Assembly (NCBI GenBank): GCA_001949185.1
Contig: BDGG01000002.1
Coordinates: 8,112,448-8,176,447, forward strand
Direction of reading: 5' to 3'
DNA: 64,000 nucleotides
DNA from: Ramazzottius varieornatus
Lineage: Eukaryota; Animalia; Tardigrada
The notes below the pieces were generated by a model. The model saw only the letters and a program-made list of their open reading frames with translations. It did not search any database and was not told the origin of the DNA. Position 1 is the first letter of the stretch, and each line of letters begins with the position of its first letter. The position numbers and the translations under genes were made by a program. Positions 49,801 through 61,407 of this stretch are shown here, one piece after another.

Positions 49801-52385
49801 AGCTTGTACGGACCCTGTTTGTATCGTGATGGCTTACTGTCAACGTGGAAGTCTGAAGGATGTGCTCTATGACGAAAACCTCGCTTTAGACGACCTGTTC
49901 CTTGCTTCCTTGATTGGTGACTGTGTCAAGGTATTCACATATAAAAGCGAGACGACGGCAAGTGGAACCCCCCGAGATCGTCTTCCCAAGTGGCGCACTC
50001 TTTCAACCAACAAGCATGAAAACGCGCGCTACATGAGACGGTGTTCTGAGTGTATTCATCTACCGACGTCCCTGATATTGCTTATAATCCATGGTTTCAC
50101 GTGTTTGAACTGAGCACGTTGCGCCTTGTTTGACAGGGCATGTATTACATCCATTACAACAGTAGCCTGAAAAGTCACGGCAACCTCAAGCCTTCCAACT
50201 GCCTTATCGACAGTCGATTCGTTCTGAAAATTACAGACTACGGTCTGCACGAATTTAAGCGGAAGAACGAGTCCTCGACTCACCGTATCCAAGAGCAGAA
50301 CTACGAGCGAATGCTATGGACGGCGCCGGAGCTACTGCGCATGGATCGCCCGCCACCTGGTGGAACGCCCAGCGGCGACGTCTACTCGTTTGGGTTCATC
50401 CTCTTCGAGATCTATGGACGATGCGGACCTTTCGGTGACACGACCATGTCTTCCAAAGATATCATCACGCAGTTACGGATCGGCTCAACCTTCATGCCTT
50501 TTCGACCATCTTTGCATTGCTTAGACCATAACACGCCCGAATACGTCATCAGTTTGATCCTCGACGCCTGGAAGGAGAACCCACAACAACGCCCCGACTT
50601 TATTGCTATCACCTCACGCCTCAAACCAATGCAGAAGGGAATGTAAGCCAAACACATACAGTCATTCACAGCCCAATATTAAACGCGGTTCTTCAACAGG
50701 AAGTCCAATTTTGTGGACAATATTCTGGCCCTACTTCAAAGACATGCCAACAACTTGGAGTCGCTGGTCAGCGAGCGAACTCTCCAACTGCAAGAAGAGA
50801 AGAAAAAGACCGAGTTACTCTTATATGAAATCCTTCCCAGGTAAGGTTCTCTGCCGACGGTAAGAGCCATGTCTGATAGAGCACAAGCACCATCAACATT
50901 TTTTTTACGTCAGGCCTGTGGCGGAGCATTTGATCAAACACGAACGAGTAGAAGCCGAGCAATTCGAGAGCGTCACCATCTTCTTCTCGGATATTGTGGG
51001 ATTTACAGCCTTGAGTGCGGAAAGTACACCTTTAGAGGTACAAGCCTCAACCTGACTACCGAAGAGCTCGATGTAAAATTCTAGTTTGAAGGTGGTAGCC
51101 TTGCTCAACGATCTGTACACTCTGTTCGACTCCCTTCTTGAGCACTATGACGCTTACAAAGTCGAAACCATCGGCGACAGCTACATGGTAACATTTCCTC
51201 CAAGCCTCTTCACATCCCTGAGCTAGCCTATAACTTTCTGGACTGACTCGCAGGTATGTAGTGGCTTACCTGTAACGAACGGAAACCGTCACGCCGGAGT
51301 GATCGCCAGTATGTCCCTTCAGCTTCTCGATTCCACCAACTCTTTCCGCATTCGCCATCGTCCGGAGAAACAGCTTCTTCTGCGCATCGGCATACACAGC
51401 GGACCAGTCGTTGCTGGCGTTGTAAGTCCCTGTAAAGAAAGATACGTAGCCTTTAGCGTACCGAAGTAACTGTTTTTTGCAAAGGTTGGACTGAAGATGC
51501 CTCGATATTGTTTGTAAGTAAAATTTCGCTGTTCGAACGTAGCAAGTTATTTTTTAACTTTTTTTATGGAAAGAATACTTCTGTTTCAAAATGCAGGTTT
51601 GGTGATACGGTCAACACGGCTTCGCGGTTCGAGTCGACCGGTGAAGCGCAAAAGATCCACTGCAGCCCACAATGCAAGGAGATCCTGGACGAACTGGGCG
51701 GATATGTTGTGGAGCCTCGTGGGATGGTCTACATGAAAGGTAAGGTTTTCCTAACAAACAGAAAAACGACCACCGTGAAAATGTATTTTAGGTAAGGGTG
51801 AACAGTTGACTTACTGGCTGACGGACGAAGACGAGCGGCAAAAGCAGCAGCGGCAACTTCCCCACTTCAACTCGATGAGCGAGTTGAACCGAGCTTCTCC
51901 CATCTTGTCCAAATGGGGCTCACAGGTCCCCGGACCGCGACGACGCGTCAGTACCGTCGCTCGCTGGAATGTGCCGGGTTCGCGCTCACCTTCCCCCGCA
52001 AACTCCAAGCGGAAACTCGATGTGCCCGACGGACATATCCCCAACGGTCTGTAACGATAACAGTGTACACTGTGACTGAACTGATTCAATGCAAAATAAG
52101 ACCCCGGGTTCGGCGCTTTGTGAACGGTGTGCTTTCGGTATCATAGGTGTGATCAACGAAGAACACCCTGGCTTTAGCGTCAAAGGGTCGCTACCCAGTT
52201 TACTGACCGCTTCAGGGAGGGACCTCCGTAGCCAGTATACCAGTTTCGAACGGACTAACGGGGATGTTCATATACCGCTGGTTGATAGCCGGAAATACTT
52301 GGCCACCAACTACAGCCGGCGTGGCAGTGAGGTCCAGATCATGCCGGCGGTTTCCAGCGCTCCCAACGCCATTCTCTGTGTATAG
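46843..52385 (+). CDS. Gyc32E: Receptor-type guanylyl cyclase, Gyc32E-like (~1243 aa)
   Basis: 18 exons in phase: 46843-47032, 47119-47248, 47534-47843, 47908-47986, 48162-48308, 48376-48872, 49128-49309, 49371-49695, 49760-49930, 50137-50642, 50700-50840, 50914-51037, 51092-51187, 51254-51421, 51485-51513, 51597-51739, 51792-52046, 52147-52385. Signal peptide; ANF-receptor domain ([24 protein letters not shown]); [10 protein letters not shown] plus TM; kinase-homology domain ([18 protein letters not shown]); cyclase ([34 protein letters not shown]). The last exon is less certain because of an in-frame stop at 52052-52054 if unspliced. Confidence 0.92.
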
Positions 52386-52890
52386 CACCTACAAACACAG
52401 CTGAAGCAGTAAAAACTGTAGACCATAATATGCCAGCCAGATTCACAGTTCGGATCCTCATCGAGAGAAATGTTTTTAAAGAATAAAACAATCAAGTAGC
52501 ATATCTGAAACGTGAGCAAATGATACATCGCAGATCGACGTCCCAATTGGCGCACATTCTTGGTATCGCTGGCTGGAAATGTGCGATTTGAGAAAACGAT
52601 CTGATTTGAGATCATTTGCCCAACTCCAACGTTGCCTCGTCCATCGCCCGTGTCATTCCGTTCAAAATGCAAACTGTTATCAATAAGAAGAACAATCGTC
52701 TATTTAATTTTTGTCGATTTTTCTTATGTTCTTCTACAGCAGCATGCAGTTAAAGTCACCAGGAAGGCCGAAGGCAATAAGAGAGATGTGTTCAGGCCAA
52801 AAAAGGAATATTTACAACAACCCCAAAATGAGACAACTGACTAGCCAGCTAGTCATTGAGTACCGGTACAAAATCCAGCCTTCTAGAATC

Positions 52891-54523
52891 TCACATCCTT
52901 CTTTTTGGGGTGAGCTTCTTTAGCAGTTTCATGGCTGAGCTTGTCGCCACACTTTTCTTCGTCGTTACTTCCACCTCGTCATCGGCGTTCTGATCATCGT
53001 CATCCTCTGACTCGAACACTTCGTCGTCTTGGACATCAGCTTTGGCAGCCTTCCTGGAGGACTCAGCGTTGGCCGACGAGCTGACTTGAACCGGAAGTGT
53101 GCCTGTAATGGCCGGCAGGCTCTGCGCCACCTGCTTCTTATTACTGGCAACGCTTTCTTTCGACTTGGCTGCCTTGACCTTCAATGGCTTGCTGACCACT
53201 TGAACATTCTGGTCGTCTTGCTGTTGATGGCTGTTTGATTGACTGTTTGACTGGCCACTGGCGGCACCGGTATCACGGCCATACTGTGATACGTTCACGC
53301 CGTTACCGTTATTGCCGCCACTATAGCCGCCATCATTGTTGTTGTTGTTGCTATTTCCGTAACCATCGCCGTTACCGTTGTTACCATAACCACCACCGTT
53401 GTTGCCACCGTGCGACGAGCCACCGCCATAGCTGTTGTCATGTGAGGGTTGCTCATGAATGACGTTCAGGACGGGATACGTCAGGTCGAGGTCGACACCT
53501 ACGGAAAGATAAACGCACCGGCTGATGTATATGGAACTGATTATGGGGATAAACGTTCTACTAAATTCAACGAGAGCACGCACCCAATGACGGTATGCCA
53601 AAATCTAATCGTGGTATATCCATATGAGGAATTTGGACGTCTAGGTGAGGAATGTCGATCTGAAATGAAATCAGCATGGTCATTCGGTTTTATAATCATT
53701 GCATATTTACCATGTTTATTCAATAGGGTTCGATTACTTTCTGTTCTAAGATTCTACTCAGACTTCTACTTCGGTAGCAGATTTCGGTTTAGCTTGTACG
53801 CCGTCTTACATCAAATCTTGGAATGTCCAGGTGTGGAATGCCGATCTGGAACGAAGTCACAATTATTATCTGGCTTTCTGTTATCGGTTTATTTATCAAT
53901 TTCTTATTTAGCTTGTGTGCCGTCTTACGTCAAGTCTTGGAATGTCCAGGTGTGGAATGCCGATCTGGAACGAAGTCACAATTATTATCTGGCTTTCTGT
54001 TATTGGTTTATCAATTTCCCTTTCTTATAATGGTACATTTTTTTACATCAATCTATATCCGCATTTTTATTCAGCTCGGTTCTTCCTCTATTGTAATCCT
54101 AAGTGAACAGACTTACGTCAAGTCTGGGCACGTCCAGATGCGGAATTGAAATATCCAGTTTGGGAATGCCGATCTGCAGGCAACAGAGCGGAGCAATTAG
54201 AAAGATCATAATCAAGGCAATGTCTTTTTGCGGGAGAAAAGATATCTTACGTCAAGTCGGGGAACGTCCAGCGTGGGTAAAACTATGTCAATGGGTTCGG
54301 GATGCACGTTGATATGGCTCTTGGAGTATCCTGCACCATAAGCTGCCGCCTTGTCGCCCGAACTGTAGGAACTTCCGGACCCGCCATTTCCATACTGCTT
54401 GGCTTCCGGTGCTGAGGTAACGACAGGTGACGCTGCCGAATAACTGCTGTCACTTCCACCCGCTCTGCACAGACCAAACAACAGGAAACAGGAAGCAGTA
54501 ATCCTTACTATGGAGGAACCCAT
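52891..54523 (-). CDS. Secreted ~361-aa low-complexity protein with 12 P-x-[LFM]-D repeats, Gly/Asn/Tyr-rich block, acidic patch and basic C-terminus (cuticle/matrix-like)
   Basis: Exons 54523-54251, 54173-54117, 53964-53929, 53845-53810, 53659-53584, 53498-52891, all GT-AG and in phase (1086 nt). Signal peptide MGSSIVRITASCFLLFGLCRA. Repeat block LPTLDVPRLD|IGIPKLDISIPHLDVPRLD|IGIPHLDIPRLD|IGIPHLDIPRFD|IDIPHLDVQIPHMDIPRLDFGIPSL. Confidence 0.82.
53788..54018. repeat. Tandem duplication (119-bp period) of a 36-nt micro-exon with its flanking intron sequence
   Basis: Two near-identical copies of ...CCGTCTTAC(A/G)TCAA(A/G)TCTTGGAATGTCCAGGTGTGGAATGCCGATCTGGAACGAAGTCACAATTATTATCTGGCTTTCTGTTAT... 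Confidence 0.92.
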
Positions 54524-55349
54524 CTTCGCTGTGAGGACGAACTGAGAAGAGTCTACTTGCATCAACTGAAGCGCGACTTTGCCTTATTATAACCGACAAA
54601 CGATGGAATTGATAAAATGGAACATCGCGCTTCGTAATGAAGATGCACCGTGAAGAATCTTCAAGATCTAAAGATGAGCAATGGGCGATAGCCTCGATTC
54701 ATCGTCCGGCGAGCCATCTTTGCCATTGTATGCTTGCTTCACCTGTCGTGTGAATGCTGTTATGCGATACAGAAGTTCTTTGGCATATTAACCTCCCTCA
54801 GCTGGCTCTACGGATTCCGTTGCATCACCATCTTTCACTTTCAATCTGTCATCTTTCCCATCTTCTACTTCTTCGATCATGCGCTCTCTGCGCTTCTAAA
54901 CCATACTTTTCACTCTTGCTCACACTACTAAATTACCACTATAATTCGAACTTGATCCAAGTCTCTACCAGTTGCAGAATAAATATCGTGTCGTTTCGTG
55001 TTTCCCAATTCGCTTAATTTTGTACTTAAACTAACTTTTTTGCAGCGTGGTACCCTCATTAGCGCTTGCCATGGCCATCACTATCAGTACCTTGAGATGC
55101 ATCAATCGAGTACGAATGAAAAAGGCACAAAGAAAACTCAAGGTGCAAGCCCAGCGGAAGAAGAGTTTTCGGCGTGGTGGCGCCACTTTTGGATGGGCGG
55201 GAGTTGCCCGAAGACCGACTTGTGGATCGACCCCCATTCAACCTACGATTAAAGCGAAAGCAGAAGATTGCGGGCCCCCAGACTGATGCTGTACTGGCCG
55301 CGCTGACGTCACTGAACCCGTTATAGTCCAGAGGTGACAATGCTGCATA

Positions 55350-56423
55350 ATGGTTCTGCTAACTGTGGTAGTGATACTTGGGAAAGTCTTCCGTGCGGTA
55401 CTAGGGGGTGCTGTAAGCTGCTACACCTGCGTGGGCCTTCTGCGTTACGCTAATGACACCTGTTCGAAGCCTGCAGCCACCACCGGCAAGAAGACTGGGT
55501 GCACGACTTGCTACACTACCCTTCTGGAAGGTAGCTCTTACAGTACGCTGGTTAGTGCCTTCAATTCGCTTCTCATCCGGTCAAAATCATGCAGCTCATT
55601 AACCTGAATATCCACAGATAAGTACGTTCAGCGCGGCTGCCTGGCGCAAAACCTTGCCCAAGACGGATGTTCCAACACGACCTCCAGTCAGAAGATCTGT
55701 TACAGCTTGCGCGACAACTGCAACGCCGGCGACATGGCGAACGTCACCATCAACCTGACGGTGGGGATCCCGGAAGTGCAATTTCTCGCCCAAAAACCGA
55801 ATGACATCGAGTGTTACCTCTGCAACGGCTATGCAGTGACTATTGAACCAAAGTCCCGACAAACGTGACCAACATGCGGTGCAGGGGAGCCTGTATTTGG
55901 TATTATATGAGCCGTCCTCGATGCCCGGGTAGAGTATGTTCTGCATCAGTGATTTCCGTCTTTCGCGACCAACGGAACATAATTAGCAGCGCACGTACTC
56001 ATGGCTAATGGCCAGAAGCGCGCGTCACTTGGGAAAGCAAGTTGGTAAAATTCCGGGGCCGCGCACGCCTCATTATTATTACATTCAAGATTAGATTAGC
56101 TGCAAACTTGCGCCAGTTAGGAGGACGAACTCGTACGTATCGTTTGTTGGAATTCCACTAATCTTGTTCCGCTACTGCGACTTTTTGTAGGCGTTTTGGA
56201 GGCTCTGCCACCTATAACGAGATGTGTGTAGATTTACTCCTGACGATCGAAAAAGATCGAACGTTTGGTCGTTTTAAATTCGCCACGATACCCTAACGGA
56301 TGTGGAGATCGGAGGTGTCCACTCCTGCAACACCTCTAAATGCAACAATTACGTCCCTCGGGAGATAGTCATTTTTGCCACTGGATGCCTCTACTGTGTC
56401 TTGCTATTGCCTTGCACCTCATA
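55350..56423 (+). pseudogene. Ly6/uPAR three-finger (quiver-like) gene: intact first LU domain, disrupted second LU domain and GPI-signal-like tail
   Basis: Signal peptide plus CYTC...C...GCTTC (55350-55530), spliced to 55618 ...VQRGC...DGC...ICY...DNCN. The second domain starts IECYLC then meets TGA at ~55866. Other frames carry CRGAC and HSCNTSKCNN followed by a hydrophobic tail ending at TAG ~56423. Confidence 0.6.
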
Positions 56424-57043
56424 GCGAACTAGCCCCGATGTAAAAACCATAGCAGAATTTCTGCTTTGAAAAAATATTCTTATAGTACTTTTTTCTGGAC
56501 CGTAATTCAGTGGCGGTCTAGTATCTGCAGAAGATCATTTTCTCCCGCGCGTACGCAGAAGTTCCGTACAAGCTGAAGTTGAATGAAGCAACGGAGAAGG
56601 TTCAACCTTGTGTCCATTTTTAGACGGCCTTAATTCTTCCTTTCCGCTTCGCTGTGCCATAAGTCAGATAAGTGAGTCAGTGATACAGTTACAGATTTCC
56701 GTTCCTGGCTCCTTACAGTCATAAGTCGAAGCAGAAGCGTTAACTTAGAAGTATCGCGTCCCGCAGACGTAGTACAGCATGCATGGCTACTGTTATTTCC
56801 AAAGTCAAAACGGGTTAAGTAGAAAGCTTCTTGCCTTTCCGCACTGCAAAAACATCTGTGTATGAGATGCCGAGTGAAGCCTTGAGAATTCGCATACAGC
56901 TACCGTTTGTATAACCTGGATTACGTCGCCCTGCTCTTCCTTATCAATTTACGCCAGATATACCGTTGAATTGGACTTATGTGATGAACCGTCTATGAAC
57001 TTCTCGTTTGCATTTCTTCCCCAACTTGAGGAACATTGCGGAA

Positions 57044-60000
57044 ATGGAGCAAGACACGGAAATGGAGGTGCTTGTCCCGCGAGTTCAACAGCAAGTACAA
57101 CGGCGCGTCCGAGCCAGTACGACCAGCGTCATTGCAGCCCATTCGGGCAACACGCGGATTGTAGTGGCTGTCCTGACGGTAAGTCGAGGCTATTGATATT
57201 CACAAATTGTCAATTAGGAGGTAATTGTTGTCAACGATGGCAGCCTGTCTTGCGACGGGAGTGGATAGGGTACTGTGTTTAGGCCAATGTGGCTACCGCT
57301 CATGTGTGTTTTGTGGTCATAGCATGGGGACGAACTGGAACTGCGCCTGCAAGAGATGCAACCCTCCTTGTTACACGTAGGAAACAGCCTGGAAGAGATA
57401 TTGGAGCTGCAGATGGACCTCAACGAATGCCTGGTCAAATTACAGGTTAAAAAATTTTTCTTGTGTCTCATCACAGTTTTTTCGACTTCCCTTTATACGT
57501 CGTCGACCTGAGGTGGATGAAGCGAGGATAAGTAAAACCTTTATCGTTGTATTTCATAGAGTAAAGAGATGGAGATTGAACAAGCCTTGGCGCAAAGCGA
57601 TGAGTTGGTCGTTCGTCAGGGTATCGAGCCGCAACTTCACATGGCCATGGCCGACAGTTTGGGTAAAGCCTGGATGATCTTTTACGATATGCTGTCAGCT
57701 CGTGTGAACCTCCTCGAATATTCCTTCTTTTTCCGACAACAATATAGCAAGGTGCGTGGATGTTCAGAATCAGTTTTAAGAAACGTTAGGTGTATCACTC
57801 AATACAGAATTTCGCTATATGCGCGTGATTTGTCGACGGCAGTGTACGGAGTTCTTCGACAAAATCCTCAACGATGCGAAGAAAGGGGGCTCCTCGGAAG
57901 ATGAAAATCGAGACTCACCAAGCCTGATCAAAGGTATCACTGTTATTTGCGAACCTGGAAACCTTGACATATTGTTCTTCTAATTCTTTGTAGTTTTTAT
58001 ATTTGACTGTTTTTGCTTTGTGCACTTTGCGGCTATTTTTATCCCTGCTGTTTTCGATGTACAGAAGTACTGGAGCGTTTTAAGGAGACGCTGATGGGGA
58101 GTCACAGTCTGATTGATTTATTGGAGCGTTTCACCAGCGAGCACCTGTCAAAAGTGACGACGCTGAGTGCCTTCCCCGCAAAAGAGCAAGCTGTCAACAG
58201 TATTACTTCCTTGATCGAGAATCTCAGTGACAAGCGCCGACATGTTGTCCAGCAACTGGCCCAACGACAAAGTTCCATTCATCACGACGCCATCGTCACG
58301 CGAGCTCGACTAGAGTTCCACCAGCTAATGAAACTCCACGAGGATATGGAACAACGAAGCAAAAGTATGGCCACGTTTCCCGTTACAAGGGAATACGGCA
58401 GGGAAATGCTCAAAGAATACGAAAAGATCCTCAACACCGTCCAGGTGAGTAAAGCGAAAGTAACCCAAATTCCAAATAACTATCTGCAGTATTCTTCAAA
58501 ATTCTTCTAAAACAGATTTTGCTGCTGATATTTTGTCGAACGTACTCTATATGGTGTAGATGACTAAATTCTGAAGTTAATTTGATTTTAGTGTACAAAT
58601 CGGGCATGTTATAAGCGGCTCATATGAGACCATTAGGAATGGTTAACCGATTACGATACTTACTCATGTTTACTAATGTTTAGAGGAATAATGCAACGTT
58701 CCGGGTTTCTTTAGTGGAGAAACTAAACATTTATGGCAGCTTTATAACCAGAAAATGTTTTGTTCTAGGTTATGGAAGATAGTCTTACAAGGCTGAAAGC
58801 TCGCGTCAGCAACCAGTCAACCTCATCCGCTCTGCAGCTCCTGGAAGAAATCTCTACATTCGAGACCTTTCTCGTATCCTCCCAAATCACGTGGGAGAAG
58901 CAGTCCTACGTTCTGGATCTGTGTATGGACGGTTACTCCCTCGTCGAAACCGCCCATACTGACCTCGAAGACCTGGTGCGCCGCATGCAACGACCAATTT
59001 ACCGACGCGGCTCTTCACCAAAGCTGGACGAACTGCTCCGTGAGATCATCAGTCTTCCTAAGTCAGCGACTAAGCAGTCCATGTTTCTGGCAGAGAACTC
59101 TGCCCATTTAGACATTGGGCCTTTACTGAACGCAGTCAGTCACCTACAGGATGAATGTCAAGAAACCAGCCAGCAAGTGGTGAAGCGACAAGAGGACCTG
59201 CTAATGTTGGGACCAGAAGATCAGGACGTCGAAATGTCGGGTCCTACCGAAGAAATACACATTTCTTGCCGAGAGCTTCTTCGATGGATTAACGACACCT
59301 TGCACAATCTCCAGAAGGTAGGAATGTGCACATACAGTCTGCCTGGTCGGTATAGGTCTGATTGCTATTTTCAAAATACTATTGTGGCTTCTCCCTATTT
59401 CATGTTGTGCGATGCGCGAGCTTATGCGAAAAGATTTGAGAAACTTTGATCTAAAATGCCCGTATGTTTCCTTTGTACAGTACGAGATCAAGCAGAACGA
59501 TCCGATGACCATCGAAAGCTTCCTGAACAAACATCACCTTCTGATGGAAGAACTGGGAATTCGCCAAGCTCAATTAGACCATACTGTTCAACAGATTGGT
59601 CAGCTACAGCACCACGGCTATGAGGTCACAAACGAACTGATGCAAGAATTACAAGTCTTGATGGACCGGTGGAACCTTCTCTCGGAGACCCTAAGCTTCC
59701 GGACCGGTACTGCCCTTCATCTTCTCCAACTGTTGACGCTTCCTCTAGAGGCGAAGCAGCAATCTTTCCAAGAAAGCCATCAAGAGCATGATCACAACAT
59801 GCATTCCCTCCCTTTTAACATTCCGGTTCCACCTCAACCAACGAAGACAGAAGACCAGCTCAACACCACAGACCGCCTTGAGAATTTGACGGCAGATCTA
59901 CTGGACAACTTGGAAACGGTAACAACTAATATTCAAAATTACTGTGCTTGTGTTTTGGAAGTACCGTGTCTTTTTGAATGGTCGAAATTTTGAAAAGCGG

Positions 60001-61407
60001 AATTCCAACCTCGTAAAGGATAATCTGTATGACCTCCGTTTGCAGGTTTCAAGAGCACTGCCGTCAATTCAAGGAACCTTACACAGCTTACAAGACGTAC
60101 ACCACCTCGAACACAGGACAGCTGCTACCCAACTTGTGGAGTCCCTCGACGAACTTCTATCAAGCTTGCACGGGATCGAACACGCCCAAAACAACTTGAA
60201 AGAACAACTAAAGTGCAACGTTACTGAACCTCCAAGCAAACAAGAACAGAGGGCGCCACCATCCAACAGAGGAGAATCGCCCACAGATGGCGCTGTAACA
60301 TCCGCACAAACAAGCCTGATCGAGAAGCTCAAGCACCTGTCCCAACAAACCAGTCAAGTAAGTTTCGTAATGATTTGTTTACTTCAATTCTTTTTAGAAT
60401 GTTTAATTTTTTTCTGTGAATTACAGATAGTCAAACATACGGAAGACATCAAGGAAACGGCATCCTTCCTAGCCAGAGAGAACCTGTCCCAAATTCAGTA
60501 CAGCGAATCAATCGTAGTAAGCTTCAAAAGAGCTCTTATCCGTAGAAATCTGGTATGTATTTTCTGAATACTGATCCTAGTGTGATGCAGATGATCTCGG
60601 GTGTGTTGCAAAAATTCACGTCGCAAGTGCAAGCCGCTATCAATGACCATTCGCAAGCTGTTCTTGACACCCTGCTACCTTCCCTTCTCGACATGTTCCA
60701 GCCTGGTTACACCTCGTCCTACACGCGCATTGCCGTTCAAGCCGTCAGTCCCGTTGAAGCGGAAATGTCGCCCATCCCGCCACAGTTCCTCCACGAGACC
60801 TTACCAGACACCATCACAGGCAAAGCAGGCCAGACTATCATGGTCGACTGCCAAGTCAGCAGCGAGCCCGTACCACAAACCACCTGGTCCTTCCACAACC
60901 CCTCCTACGCTACCTCGGACATCGAGACCAGGGTTAGACTTATGCACTACGAAGGACGAACTGTCTTGATAGTTCGACCACAGGCTCGCGACAACGGCAC
61001 GATCCTGACATGCACAGCGTCCAACGAAGCCGGGGAAGTCAGCTGGTCCACAAAGCTCAAAGTGGAGGAAGAACACACAAATGAAGAGCGAACGGAAGAG
61101 GACATGTACGAAAGGGAAGAAGGGGATATACTGTCCAGCGCGCCATGGATCGGACGCTTCACTATCATCAGTCGAGAAGACGGTAATGATGAACGTGATG
61201 ATCTAACGTATCAATGTGAATTGTATGACTACAAATTATACTGCACATTTCACAGCAGAGAAACCTCCTGCTCCTTTAGGCTACAAAACTAGCTCCTCTT
61301 CCTCGACTAACAAAAATCTGCTTCGTCCGAAGCAGTCTATGTATGCTTTGCATGTTCTGGAGTGTGCCGAACCGCCTGATGTCAATAAAATCTGGTGGAC
61401 CCAGACT
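57044..61407 (+). CDS. CCDC141/zormin-like spectrin-repeat plus I-set Ig protein, 5' exons
   Basis: Exons ~57044-57178, 57323-57445, 57560-57751, 57843-57933, 58065-58444, 58769-59317, 59481-59918, 60046-60357, 60427-~60516, 60591-~61182, ~61256-61407. The N-terminus STTSVIAAHSGNTRIVVAVL...QEMQPSLLHVGNS...MAMADSLGKAW matches the CCDC141/zormin N-terminal pattern. Ig domain PPQFL...GQTIMVDCQVSSEPVPQTTW...LTCTASNEAGE. The start and 3' exons are uncertain. Confidence 0.75.

Noticed and set aside
53788-54018. CRISPR-like repeat appearance
   Set aside because: The whole unit, including the intervening sequence, is duplicated. It is an exon-intron tandem duplication in a eukaryotic gene, with no cas genes.
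53449-54149. Plus-strand ORFs with repeated ECPGVECRSGTKSQLLSGFLL
   Set aside because: These are the antisense reading of the duplicated micro-exons; the splice signals are on the minus strand.
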